Shown here one piece after another: positions 50,214 through 63,316 of a DNA stretch of 64,000 nt. The notes beneath the pieces are model-generated. The model saw only the letters and a list, made by a program, of their open reading frames with translations, searched no databases and was not told the DNA's origin. A program made the position numbers and the translations under genes. Every line of letters begins with the position of its first letter. Position 1 is the first letter of the stretch. The DNA comes from Chiloscyllium plagiosum (taxonomy: Eukaryota): positions 8,309,451 through 8,373,450 of the forward strand of contig NC_057749.1 in the NCBI RefSeq assembly GCF_004010195.1, written 5' to 3'.

Positions 50214-50586
50214 TTATTATGGAAGTAGGGGCAGATTAGTAAGTTTATTACAGAAGTGGGTGTAGAGTAATGGGTTTAATATGGATGTGGGGGCAGAAGA
50301 ATGGTTTTGTTGTGGATGCGAGGGCAGCTTAGTGGGTTTATCATGGAAGCAAAGGCAGATTAATAGCTTTATTGTGGAAGTGTGGACAGATCAGTGAGTT
50401 TATTATGGAAGTGGGGGGCGAATTAGTGGTTTCATTATGGAAGCAGGAGCAGATGAATGGGTTTATTATGGAGACGAGGGCAGATTAGTGGTTTATTGTG
50501 GAAGCGAGGGCAGATTATTGGGTTTATTATGGAACTGGGACAGATTAATGGTTTTATTATGGAGGTGGGGGGAAATTAGTGGTTTT
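50214..50586. repeat. Diverged 31-bp minisatellite, about 12 units
   Basis: Consensus ttattatggaagtgggggcagattagtgggt. Confidence 0.9.
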
Positions 50587-50599
50587 AAGTGTACGACAA

Positions 50600-51127
50600 T
50601 TGGGCAGTTGCCGGTTTTGGGCTCCATATTTCAGGAAGGATGTACTGGACTCAGAGTGTTTCAGAGGAGATTCACAAAAATGGTCACAGGAATGCAAAGC
50701 TTAACATATGAGAAATATTTGATGACTCTGGGTCTGTACTCAATGGAGTTTAGAAGGATATGCGGAGATCTAATTGAAACATACAGAATACTGTTTAGCT
50801 TGGACAGTTGGGAAGATGTTTTTATTGGTAGGAGAGACTAGGACCCGAGGGCATAGCCTTAGAGTAACGGGAAGATCTTTTATAATGGAGATAAAGAAAC
50901 ACTTCTTCAGCCAGAGAGTGGTGAATCTATGGAATTCATTTTCACAGAAGGCTGTGGAGGCCAGGTCATTGAGTATATTTATGAATGAGATAGATAGATT
51001 CTTGAGTATTAAGGGTATCAAGGGTTATGGAGAGAAAGCGGTTGAGAAAGTTATCAACCATGATTGAATGGCGGAGTAGACTCAATGGGCTGAATGGCCT
51101 AATTTCTGCTCCTATATCTTATGTTCT
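50600..51127 (+). mobile_element. CR1 3' fragment
   Basis: FQRRFTKMV.GM..LTYE...LGLYSMEFRRI.GDLIETY; TRGHSL..; FFSQRVVNLWNS. Confidence 0.85.
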
Positions 51128-51208
51128 CAGTTAGTCTGAGGGTGGGTCAGTGTTTGAGTGCCTTACCCACAGCCCATACTATGGACACCATGGCACGGAG
51201 GGTGGGAA

Positions 51209-51472
51209 TCATGGAAACCCTACAGTGTGGAAGGATTCAGCTCATTGAGCCCACACCAACCGTCCAAAGAGCATCCATCCAGACTCATCCTATAACCCTG
51301 CATTTCCCATGGCTAATCCGCCTAACCTCCACATATTTGGACTGAAAGAGAAATCCCACACAGACACAGGGAGAATGTGCAAATTCTGCACAAACAGTCA
51401 CCCGAAGCTGGAATCGAACCCAGGTCTCTGGGGTTGTGAGGCAGCAGTGGTAGCCACCAAACCACCATGTGC
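51209..51472 (-). mobile_element. HE1-type V-SINE
   Basis: V-domain motifs. Confidence 0.8.
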
Positions 51473-52311
51473 TCTATGGAGGGAATCACAGAGATCAGCC
51501 GAAGGCATAGTGACCTCTTGTGGAGCACAATGGGACGACACTTCAAAAATACCTCAGTGGCTGAAAAGTACTTTGGAACATTCTAAGGTTGAGAAAGGTG
51601 CTACTTAAATGCAAGTCTGCTCGGATATGGAAGCGGTCGCGCTGACATTGTGTTGAGGTATTTTGTTACTAGGGAACATGACAATGATTAAGCAAATTGG
51701 ATTTATAAGCATTCGTTTAAAAATCAAAATCTAACAATGAATTAATTGGGTGATTGGCGCATTGCAAGCCAACTTGGAAAAGAAATGAAAAATGGAGTGA
51801 CAGACGGAGGCTCGATTGGGGCAGCCTGCTGTCCATAAAATCAGTTTAAACTTTGAATCTTGGATTACAAAGCATAAAAACCAATTAGGAACATGTCTGT
51901 GGTGGCAACCACACAATTACTCTCTCCTGTAACAAGGATTTCACGTACAGTTCAGTCACATTCGCGAAAGCATCATTACACTTGCAGTACAAACATTGGA
52001 ATTTCACTCACAGTCTGAGAAAGGGGCGCATGGCCCTGATTGCAGCCTCCACATGTTCACTACTCTTTTGTTGATTTCAAAGGTGCTGGATAAGATAGGT
52101 GAAGGGGAAAACATCTCAAGTCGCTGAGTGAAGGTCAGAAGGGTGGGCCAAAGTAAATAATTCCTTCAAAGAGCTAGAACTGGCAAGATGGGTTGAATGG
52201 CCCCCTTCAGTGCTGGATGATTCCATAATTCTCATGCTGACATGTGATTCTTTAAGATTCACTTAAACAGCTCTACACCAAATAGATGGTGCACACAGCT
52301 TTTTTGACAGA

Positions 52312-52572
52312 GAATCATAGTGTGGAAGCAGGCCATTCAGCCTATCAAGTCCACACCAAACTTTGGAAGAGCAGCCCACCCAGGCCCAACCCCATATTTT
52401 CTCATGGCCAATCCACCTGACCTGCACATCTTTGGACAGTGGGAGGAAACCGGAACATCCGGACGAAACCCACACAGACATGGGGAGAATGTGCAAATTC
52501 CACAAAGATAGTCACCTAACACTGATATCAAACCCAGGTCCCTGGTGCTGTGAGGCAGCAGTGCTAACCACA
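52312..52572 (-). mobile_element. HE1-type V-SINE
   Basis: V-domain motifs. Confidence 0.8.
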
Positions 52573-52987
52573 ATAGTCAACCCAACAGGAGCAATGCAGA
52601 AAGCTATCAAGATTAAAAAGGTTGAAAGGAAAGATCAACTAGAAAGCAATGATTTGATGATTTAAATGAGATTTCAGAAATCTTTATCATAAAAATGAAT
52701 TGAATGATCAAAAGGAATCTAACATTCTTTGAACCACTTTGAAGGATTTAGCATGATCGTCTCAGAAGCTGCCATTTCATTATACGAAGTGCCAATATTT
52801 CCATCTAAGTAATGGACAATCGGATCCTACAATCGTCACTGATTTTTGAACTCAATCTAACTGTTGGCCGTCAAGTCGTCCATTAAGTTTGAAACTAACT
52901 GTGACGTCTGTCCTAGGTATTTGACAAGGGAATCATGGCAAAATTACAAGATTAGCTATGAACGGCTCTGCAGCTATAGTAGATTTT

Positions 52988-53117
52988 AGGAGAAGATGAG
53001 GACTGCAGACGCTGGAGACCAGAGTCAAGAGTGTGGTGCTAGAAAAGCACAGCCGGTCAGGCAGCATCCAAGGAGCAGGAGAATCAATGTTTCGGGCAAG
53101 ATCCCTTCATCAGGAGT
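52988..53117 (-). mobile_element. Penelope-derived terminus with a hammerhead-like core
   Basis: Minus strand CTGATGAagggatcttgcccGAAAcattga. Confidence 0.7.
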
Positions 53118-53649
53118 CCAACCCTCTGCCCCAGTAGAGTCCATCCTACTTCTGACTCCCCAAGCAAAAGGGCAGGACCTCGATGTACTTTTTCAAGATT
53201 GGAAATGTTTTCACTGAAATTTAACCAAAATTGAAGAGATTCAATTTGAACTGAGGTTATTTAGCAGCCAAATCCTAGTGTGGAATGGAAGGCACCAGGC
53301 TTTTACTCCTATCCCAGCCTATCCAATCTTTCCTCATAAAGCAACCTGCTGATTCCAGGTATCAATCTAGCAAACCTCCTCAGAACTAGCTCCAATGCAT
53401 TTACAACCTTGCATGACCCCAGAAAGTACTTTACAGCCAATTAGGATTTTGTTTGAAGCTTATGTCAGGGAGTCAATTTGCATGCAGTAAACATCTAGAC
53501 CATGTTCTTCTTATATGTCTCTAATTCCAGCACTTCAATAACTTTTCGATTTCGATCTTCAACTTTACAAAAGCCCGTAAAATTTCCCACCATTTTATTC
53601 ATCACAAAACTCAGATGCACAGCTTTAAAAGTATTGTGCAACAGATTGC

Positions 53650-53894
53650 AACTATATCACCATCACGCCCGCACCTTCATCGACCTATTGCATTCCCAGC
53701 TACCTTCGCCCCCCCCCCCCTCCCTTTTATCTCTCAGCCCCCTTGGAACCCCCACCCCACCCCATTCCTGAAGAAGGGCTTATGCTCAAAATGCCGCATC
53801 TCCTGCTCCTCAGATGCTGCCTTAGCGACTGTGCTTTTCCAGCGCCACGCATTTTGACTCTCACCTCCAGCACCTGCAGTCATTACTTTCTCCC
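53650..53894 (+). mobile_element. Penelope 3' UTR and terminus, same family as 39300-39621
   Basis: cccagctaccttc...tttatctctc...attcCTGAAGAagggcttatgctc. Confidence 0.7.
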
Positions 53895-55029
53895 ATTACA
53901 CTGCCCTTGTTCCCATTCTCAACTCTCTCCTATTAGATTTTAACAAGAAAAATTGAAGCTGTTAAAAAATGCCTTAGATATATTTGCTATATAAACTGTA
54001 CTTTGCATAGAGAAATTGTAACTTATGTTCTCATTTGAAGAGAATGGAATTCAGCGCTCCATCCTTAAGTCTCTAACTGAAGCTCAGTCATATATACCTG
54101 ACGAGATCAATGTGCTCAAATACTATAATTTTATCACAGCAACTGTTTCAATATTCTGTCACATTATCAGCAGTCTTCGTCTTATCTGTATGCATGACAT
54201 GATCTAGGCCTTCAAGGCAGCTGACCTCTGACCCAGTAACAAATCTACATACCTTATCAGTAGTTGTGTCATGCAGGAAGAGTGACAGTCCTTAATGAGA
54301 AACACGGTGGCAGAATTTAGTAGAATTTCCAATTTTGTTCCAGGGCAATTGATGGAGAATAATCTTGCTTCTCTTTACACTATGCAAATTGAATGCTCCC
54401 TGAGACTAGGTTGTCGAAATAGTAATGACTAGAAAATTCAGATACTACAGCTGACATTTAAAAGCATCATCTCATGTCACATGGAGCTCTGATTTGCATC
54501 CCAGTTTGATAATATGGCTCCAGCAGTGACTGGGACTAGTTAATAGTGAGACCTACCAAATAAGCAAGGCTTCATGTTGAATGCTGTCAGGGTGTTTAGA
54601 GAATTGTAGTGAGTATTGTCTTATAGCTAGCATGCTGTATACCTTTAATAGACACGTTCATGATATCATCATGTATCATAGCATAATGGTGTAAATATCT
54701 CAAGCACAGTCTTAACTGGGGCCACTTGAAGCATGGCATGCTGATGAAAGTGTGAGGCTGTACTTAACTAAGTAGCTTAGCAATTGCCTAGACACTGAAG
54801 TGCCTGTGAATGCAATATATGCCTGAAGCTGTAATAAATGCCAGTTGAATCTTTCACCACCACGTTATCCACATCCATTCTTACGTTATGGGGGCTATAA
54901 TGAGCTTCACCAGGTTTGGTATAGATACCCTACTGGAGGCATAAGATTACATCATTTGGGACTTACAATATTGAAAATCTCCTCCAACCTTACAATGTTC
55001 TAAGAATTTTGCTTCCTTCCAATGTTGAT

Positions 55030-55377
55030 ATAGATGTCCTACAGTACAGAAAGAGGCCATTTGGCCTATTAAGTCTGCACTAACCCTCTGAAGAGCATCT
55101 CATCCAGACCCACCCGTCTCCCATTACCATAACCCCATCTTTCCCATGGCCAACTCACCTAGCCTGCACACTACAAAGCATTTTCCCATGGCTAATCCAA
55201 CTAACCTGCACATCTTTGGACTGTGGGAGGAAACCGGAGCACCCAGAGGAAACCCACGCAGACACGGTGAGAATGTGCAAACTCCACACATTCAGTGATC
55301 CGAGGCTGGAATCAGACTAGGATTCCTGTTGCTGTTCCTGCGACAGCAGTGCTAACCACTTCCCACCGTGCCACCCA
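55030..55377 (-). mobile_element. HE1-type V-SINE
   Basis: V-domain motifs. Confidence 0.85.
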
Positions 55378-56569
55378 TATTACATAGCCCTCACTCCCTT
55401 TATCCATAATACTGGGGACCCAGACCACAGAATATTCTCCTTAAAATCTCCACTTCTCATCCTTCTCTGAGATGCTCAAAAAAAGTATATCTTTAACCAA
55501 ATGTTGTTGGTTTGTCTTAATACCTTCTGTGAAGGGTCAATATCCAATGTTTTCTCTCTAAAATTCTGGTAACGTACCATGGGAGTTTTTAAAAATTGAG
55601 TCATGGGTGTCACTGGAGAAATCAACATTCATCCACCATCTTTAATTGCCCAGGGGGCTATTAAGACTCAGCCAACAAAAAGGGTTTTTAATGTCAATTG
55701 CTGGCTTTAGGTTAGCTTTTTATTCCGGATCTTTCTTAAATTTGATTCTCCATTTACCATGTCACCAGAATATTAGCCTGGAGGTTGTGGATTACTAGGC
55801 CAGTGAAATTATCTCTATGCCATCACTCAGGCTCGTTAAGTTTTCACAGCACAGATAAAGGACCCTTTAACTGATAGTGTCAGCTTTGGTCATCAGACAT
55901 TTATCTGTTCCAATCCTATTTTCCAACACTTCGCCCTATCCTTTTAGCTATGGTGTTTCAAAAGTGTTTCTTTAAATACTTCTTAAATGAATTGAGGTTT
56001 CCTGCCTGTACCATTCATTCAGGCAGCGATTTCTAGGTGCCCATCATCTTCTGGGTGACAGTTTGTTCCTCAAATCCTCTCTAAACCTTTTGCTCCTTAC
56101 CTTAAACCTATCGTTATTGGCCCATCAACTCAAGGGAAAGGTTTCTCCCTATCTATGCCCCTCATGATTTTATGTACCTCAATCAAGTCACCCTTCCCTG
56201 CCTTAAGCAAATTCTGCTCGAAGGAAAACAATCCAGTCTATCTAATCTCTCTTCATAGCTGAATCACTCCAAGCCGGCTTTTTAAACCCTCACACTACCG
56301 CCTAACAGCAGTAGTGTTTATTCATTCCCCAGCACCCATGTTTGCAGGCATAGGATACAGTGAAAAACAATGAGTGTATAAATCTTTATTCATATTCCAC
56401 CACCAGAAAGAAAGAAACGTCAAGTAGCCAATGACAAGCAGTGCCCTTCCCAGAGGGCAATGCTGCGTGATCAAAAAAGTGAAGGAGAGGGCAGGGATTA
56501 AATCAAAATAGAATTGGAATGGAAAATAAACCATTATGCCCACCTGTCCCTGAACAGCTTGAGGGAGTT

Positions 56570-56724
56570 GGTAGGCACTGTGGGCTCCTTCTCCAGGGAC
56601 ACCTGGGCTCAAATGTAGCTCCCCTGTTTATATTGGTCAGCCAGGACCTCCCAACTGGCACAGGTTAACAACACAAATCAAGGTCCTCATAGTCAACAAG
56701 ATCCACTTGGTTCCAATCACTACA
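56570..56724 (-). mobile_element. Partial solo LTR related to 17822-19467
   Basis: Minus strand starts tgtagtgattgg and contains cctggctgaccaatataaacagg, compared with ccctggctgacagatgtaaacagg. Confidence 0.5.
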
Positions 56725-57859
56725 ATATCCCACTGGGGAAGTAGCCCAGATTGTTGTAACTTGAGAGTTAGTGGAGGACTTGAACCCGGTGCCTTCAGAC
56801 ATGATGGACTCAAGCACAGAGCTACAGTTGACACTTAAAATCTTCTCTGGTTCCTCTCTCATGTAGACAGCCAAAAGCTTTCACACTCCACTGCAAGCAG
56901 TTAACAGAGAATCAGAGATGCCGCCTAAGTAGGAGGCTGCGGCAGTGACAAAGGGTAGTTGGTTTTAATGTAACTCTGTAATTTCCAATTAAAGCAACAA
57001 GTCCCACTCTGCATTATTGTAAATCAGAATGTCACACACCACGGAAGAGCAAAAAAAAATACCTTTTATTCCAAACGTTAATGAGATGCATACTTGTTAT
57101 ATTACATAAAAGAACTGTATATTTAATTTTGTAATCTTATAGTTCATTGCCACAGGCCTAGCAACTGGCTCAGGTTTCTGTAGAACATCACTGATGAAAT
57201 TAATGTCACGACTTTTCATGATCATGATAATTAAGAATACTACTTACACATTTCAAATTAATGATTTTTTTCAAGAAGTGCTTGCTAAGAAACAGAGTTT
57301 CTAACTTAACGCTGATTAAAATTTGCAAACATATTTTCTCTCCAGGAAGTTGCAATATTTCTATTCATGTTTCCATGCGTGACTGCGATATAAAGAGTTA
57401 GTTATTTCAGTAGCACGATGGAGTCTTTGACAATTTGTTGATGATATTTAGCTACATATTCCAAAGCGTCTTTGAGACATTATTTTTTTTCCTTGAAAAA
57501 CTTAAAGAGAGTTCTCCTTCCTGTAGCCCTGTGGTTCTTGGATTGTCAGTAAAAACAAGAAAACTGGGTGTATTTGACACTTAAAGAAATGCCAATGCAG
57601 AGAAAACAGGAAGAACTGCGGATGCTGTAAATCAGAAACAAAAACAGAAATTGCTGGGAAAGCTCAGCAGGTCTGGCAGCATCTGTGGAGAGAAATCAGA
57701 GTTAACATTTTGGGTTCAATAACTCTCCCTCAGAATCAACAGAAAGGTTTCTCAGCGGCATTCCAATAGGATATGGGAGCCATTTCTACATTACTGTACA
57801 GAACAATGTTATGACATAAGCCCCATTAGTTACAAGATATGTCAAAGAGATGAAGACTA

Positions 57860-58060
57860 ATATATATGTTTGTATGTGTGATTGCAATTATGTACATATG
57901 TGAACAGGTGGATAATTTTGGGTGTATTATGTATGTATTATTTTATGTTTTTGTGTTAATTTGTCTATGTTGTAATGCATGCTGTTATGTATACATGCAT
58001 TGTTTGTGTTTTATTGTGCATGTGTGCTGTTTTATATGCTATTATGTGAGTTTATGTTAT
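57860..58060. repeat. T/G-rich low-complexity tract
   Basis: Degenerate tgtat/ttat runs. Confidence 0.8.
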
Positions 58061-58084
58061 TGGACAGAGGTTCTGTCTGTGCTT

Positions 58085-58600
58085 GATGTTCAACAACACA
58101 CAAGTCAGGGGTGTGATGGAATACTCCTCACCTGCAGTTGGGTTCTGCTCCAACAACACTCAAGAAGATTGACACCATCCAGGACAAAGCAGCCTGTTTA
58201 ATTGGCAGCAACATCCTCGAATTTCCACCACCGACACTCAGTGGCAGTAATGTCTACCATCAACAAGATGCACTGCAGTATCTCACCGAGGCTCCTCCAA
58301 TCAGTCCTTCCAAAGCCAACTGCTACCACCTGGAAGGACAAGGGTGTGTAGGATATGTAGGAACACAATCATCTGTAAGTTCCCCTCCAAGCAACTCACC
58401 ATCCTGCTTGGGAAATATATCACCATTCCTTAAGTGTGGCGAGGTCAAAATCCTGGAACACCCTCCCTAAGTGACAGTGGGTCTATCTGTCAATGGACTT
58501 CAGTGCTTCAAGAAGGGGACTCATTATCACTTTTTCACGTGCAAGTAAAGATAGATAATAAATGCTGGTTGAGCTAGTGACACCCACTGGAATAAAAACA
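58085..58600 (+). mobile_element. LINE 3' fragment sharing a tail with the Deu-SINEs (L2/CR1 group)
   Basis: MEYS...W.SAPTTLKKIDTIQDKAACLIG. Related pieces at about 1075-1340 (minus), 2555-2860 (minus) and 33960-34530 (plus). Confidence 0.65.
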
Positions 58601-59659
58601 CAAAAGTATTAGGTTGTGTAAGATGGCATATAAATGTAATTCTTTCTGCCTGTGAATATACATTTAAATAGAGTTAGATGCTTAGGGGATACACTTTACA
58701 GTTTGAGTTAACTTTGCCACTGTAATGCATCAGGTACCTAAAAATCATCTGACCAGCATTATAGAGGCTGGATTAACCCTTTAAACCCCCTTGTTTAAAT
58801 CAGAGCGAATGGAGAACTGAGCAAAAGTGGCAAGGCCTCACCCACTGTTGTTACAGAATGCAATTATGCTCCAGCAAATAAAGCAAGACATTGCAACCTT
58901 TGAACAATTAGTGACGCAGAAGATCATTTTACACATGACAGCGAAAGAAAAATAATCCTAGAAATTTGTCAGAACTGTCATGTTGCTTCTAATTTACAAT
59001 CGTGACAAATGCTACATTTTGCAATTTAAAATAAACTAACCTTCACCGTTGAATTACTTGAGTTGGATATAAAAGTACAGAATGTCTGTTCTGTATGAGA
59101 AACATAACCAGTTACAAAACATTGCAGTATGTTCAGGGAGTTCAGAGAATTCAGAATTCTTCTGTTATCTTTTTTAACCCTTACCTTGCTGCTTTACAGC
59201 TATTACAAAAGATTTTTTTCTCTTATGTGTTGGCCAATGGCCAAAAGAATACTGCAACTGACTCACAAATTCTCAATAAAAACCAATAAAACAGCGGATA
59301 CTGGAAAACAGGAATCAAATAAACCAGTTGGACGATAACCCAGTGTTGTGTACCTTCTGACTTTGTCCACCCAGTCCAACACTGGCGCCTCCACAGCATC
59401 TGCGGAGAGGAATCAGAGTTATAGTTTCAGGCCTGGTTCTGTAGAATGGTCACTGGCCCCAAAACGTTAACTCTCATTTCCCTCCACAGATGTTGCCAGA
59501 CCTGTTCAATCTTTGCAGCAATTTCTGTTTGTGTCCCAAATTCTCTGTCCATGCTCCATTTGAACATGGCTTCATCGTTTGATGGAATTATGTACAGGAA
59601 TGACAGATTTAAGAGAAACAGTAGGCCTTTCAGCCCTTTAAGCCTATTTTGCCATTAGT

Positions 59660-59995
59660 GGGAGATGATGGCTACATGGTATTATCACCAAATTATTCAT
59701 TCACAGATCCAGATAATGAACTGGGGAGCATGGTTCAAATCCTAACACAGCAGATGGCTGAATTTGAATTTGATAAAAATCTGAAATGAATGATATTAAT
59801 TTCTATCAACTTAATTGTTGGGGAAATACCCATCTGGTTTATTGATGTCCCTTAGGGAAGGAAACTGCTGTCCCTACCTGGGCTGGGCTACATGAGATTC
59901 CAGGCCACAGCCTCTTACCTAACGTCTGGGCATTGAGGGATAAGCAGCAAATGTTGGCCTGACCACTGACTCCTACAGCTCTTGAGTGATTCTTT
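59660..59995 (+). mobile_element. Deu-domain SINE
   Basis: ggttcaaatcc, acccatctggtt...agggaaggaaactgctgtcc. Confidence 0.7.
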
Positions 59996-60444
59996 TTTAA
60001 ATATAAGGTCATGGCTGATCTGATTGTGATCTCAACTCCACTTTCATATCTGCCAAATTTCCTACCCCTCCCCCAACCCACCCCAACAATAACCCTCAAC
60101 TCCATCACCCAGCAAAAATAACCTAACTCTTAGAGTTACTCTTGGATCTGTCTCCAGCAGAATATTCCAGAAACCTGGCCGATGGTTAGCCCTCAGACAA
60201 CATCATTGCCTTCTTAGGACCATGCTGCTGTTTGGGGGATCTTGTTGCGCGTAAATCTGGCTGCCATATTTCTGCATGTTACATCAGTGACTACATCAAA
60301 AAGTACTCAATTGGCTGTGATGGGGTTTGGAGCATTCTGAGATCATAAGCAGATGCTATAGAAATCCACATGTTCCCTTTTTCTCTAGAAAATGGCCAGT
60401 CAGAAATTTCTCATGTGAAGCTGGAAATCATATTCAAGGAAAGT

Positions 60445-60950
60445 AGAATCATAGGCATAGAGACGTATAGCATGGAAACAGACCCTTCAGTTCAAATCGT
60501 CCATGCCAGCCAGATATGCAACCTAATCCTGTCCCATTTCCATACGCGCACCACCCTCTGCGTAAAAATGTTATCCCTTAGGTCACTTTTAAATCTTTCC
60601 CTTCTCACCTCAAACCTATGCCCTAAATCTGTTTACCCTATCCATACCCCTCATGATTTTATGAACCTGTATAAGGTCACCCCTCAGCCTCCGATGCTCC
60701 AGGGAAACCAACCCCAGCCTATTCAGCCTTTCTCTATAGCTCAAATCCTCCAACCCTGGCAAGATCCTTGTAAATCTTTTCTGAACCCTTTCAAGTTTGA
60801 CAACATCCTTCCAATAGGAGGGAGACCAGAATTGCACACAATATTCCAAAAATCGCTTATCCAATGTCCTGTACAGTCGCAACATGACCTCCCAACTCCT
60901 ATGCTCAATGCTCTGACCAATAAAGGAAAGGAAGCCAAACGCCTTCTTCA
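60445..60950 (-). mobile_element. CR1/HER1 3' fragment
   Basis: LYRTL..FLEYCVQFWSP..LERVQKRFTRILPGL. Confidence 0.85.
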
Positions 60951-60952
60951 GT

Positions 60953-61175
60953 AGTCGAGACTGTGTTGCTGGTAAAGCACATCAGGTCAGGCAGCATCTG
61001 AAGAGCAGGAGAATCGATGTGTTGGGCATAAGCCCTTCATCATGATTCCTGATTAAGGGTTTATGCGCGAGACACCGATTCTCCTGCTCCTCGGATGCTG
61101 CCTGACCTGCTGTGCTTTTTCAGCACCACACTCTCAACTCTGACCTCTAGCATCTGCAGTCCTCAGTTTCTCCTA
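60953..61175. mobile_element. Fold-back pair of Penelope-type termini
   Basis: gggcataagcccttcatca / ctgattaagggtttatgcgc at the centre, with inverted arms on both sides. Confidence 0.75.
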
Positions 61176-61921
61176 ATCTTCTTGTTTAAGGGTTCAAGTC
61201 CCACCTTGTTTGGAATGTGCCATAAAATGGCTGACCAAATTAAGTTTCTTTCATTATTAATTTCCTGTTACACTACAGAAAGCAGCGGTCAATCCTACAT
61301 AAGGCAGACCCATTTAGCAATGGGCTAATTGATCATTTAATTTATTTAACATACAGTCATTGAGGGATAAGTATTGGTCAATTTACTTAAAAACCCATCT
61401 GGTTCATTAATGCCCTTTAGGGAAGGAAACCGGTCATCCTTACCTGGTCTTGCCTACATGTGACTCTAGACCCACAATAATGTTGAGTTACACTCATCTG
61501 CCTTCTGGAATGGCCTTGGAAACCTCTCAGTTCAAGAGCACAAAGAGATGGTCAATACTTACTGGATCCTGCCTGTGACATCCACATCCCATGAAAGGTG
61601 AACTACAAGGTTTAACATTGTGCCCAAGAACCTGCACATCCTGAAACAGTGAAACACTGCCAGTGTTAGCCTGAATTATGAGCTCATGCGTGTGTGTCAG
61701 TGAACCTACAACCTGTCAGCCAGACCAGGAAAGGATGGCAGTTTCCTTCCCGCAAGAGCATTAGTGAACAAGATTTCATGGGCTCCATTAGTTTAGATTA
61801 ATGTCAGAATTTGTTTTAAATTAAATTCAAATTCCGTCATGGCAGGATTTGAACCCACGTGCCCAGAATGTTATCTGGCTCTCTGGCTTAAATAGCCCAG
61901 CAATAGTATCACAAGGTCATT

Positions 61922-62203
61922 AGGTAAAAACGAGGACTGCAGACGCTGGAAACCCAAGTCTGGATTAGAGTGTTGCTGGAAAAGCACAGCAGGTCAGGCA
62001 GCATCCAAGGAGCAGGAAAATCGTTGCCTCCCTTTGGCTGTGGAGGCTGTGATCTACCTACCAGATCATTGGAAAGCAAAAGTGAGAAGTGCAGATTCCA
62101 GAGATTAGAGTCAAGAGTGTGGTACTGGAAGAGCACAGCAGGTCAGGCAGCATCCAAGGAGCAGGATAATCAACGTTTTGGGCAAAAGCCCTTCATCAGG
62201 AGA
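61922..62203 (-). mobile_element. Two Penelope-derived termini; the second (62068-62203) has a 10-bp TSD ctaccagatc
   Basis: Minus strand CTGATGAagggcttttgcccaaaacgttg; TSD at 62058-62067 and 62204-62213. Confidence 0.7.
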
Positions 62204-62724
62204 GCTACCAGATCTCTACCCAGTGTAGAATGCACATAGGTTAAAGTTCAGTATTCAGACCCTCTGACATGTTCTTCCAGCCCAGCTAGCCCACCAACAG
62301 CAATGGTTCTGTACTTCACACCATGTGAGCTATCAATAGACGGAGCAAGGAAACCGAGAGGGAGAGCAAAACCACATTTTGGCAGGTAATCTAGTCTGAA
62401 AACTGATCACCCAGTTCAAAATAACACTGGTATGGAAGCTTAGAACGACATGCACAGCACTGGGAGTGACCTGAGAAGATAGGAGCAAGCAGCTAAGGGA
62501 AATATATTGTCAAAGCTTTTTAATCCTGTGCTAGTCAGGGCAAATACAAGAATGCCAAATCTCAAATGATCACAACAATATATGCCGCAGGAGAAAAGGG
62601 TGTGACTGGTCCACTTGGAATGACTAAGATGTTGGCATGGAGGAAAAATCAGATCATTAAACTTGGATGTATTCCCTGATATTAAACATATGCCACCTCT
62701 TGCAAGCACAAATGAGTTAAACCT

Positions 62725-63316
62725 TTATTGATCAATGCATTGAGTACAGGAGTTGAGAAGTCACTGTACAGGACATTGGTTAGGCCACTTTTGGAATATT
62801 GCATGCAGTCATGGTCTCCTTGCAATTGAAAGACTATTGTGAAACTTGAAAGGGTTCAGAAAAGATTTACAAGGATGTTGCCAAGGTTGGAGGGTTTGAG
62901 CTACAGAGAGAAGTTGAATAGGGTGGGACTGTTTCAGCTGGAGCACCGGAGGCTGAGGGGTGACTTTATCATGGTTTATAAAATCATGAGGGGCATGGAT
63001 AGGGTAAATAGCCAAGGTCTTTATCTGTGGTGGGGGAGTCCAGAACTAGAGGGCATACCTTTGGGGTGAGAGATGTAAAAGGGACCTAAGGGGCAACTTT
63101 TTCATGCACAAGGTGGTGTGTGAATGGAATGAGCTGCCAGAGAAAGTGATGGAGGCTGGTACAATTGCAACATTTAGAAGGCATCTGGATGGGTATATGA
63201 ATGGGAAAGTTTTAGAGGGATATGGGTCAAATGCTGGAAAATGGAACTAGATTAATTAATGGACAAGTTGGACCAAAGGACTTGATTCCATGCTGTACAG
63301 CTCTATGACTCTGACT
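62725..63316 (+). mobile_element. CR1/HER1 3' fragment
   Basis: KLERVQKRFTRMLPRLEGLSYREKL..LEHRRLRGD; tail ctatgactctgact. Confidence 0.88.

Noticed and set aside
57866..58201. Cys-rich hydrophobic 111-aa ORF
   Set aside because: Translation of a T/G low-complexity tract running into a LINE fragment.
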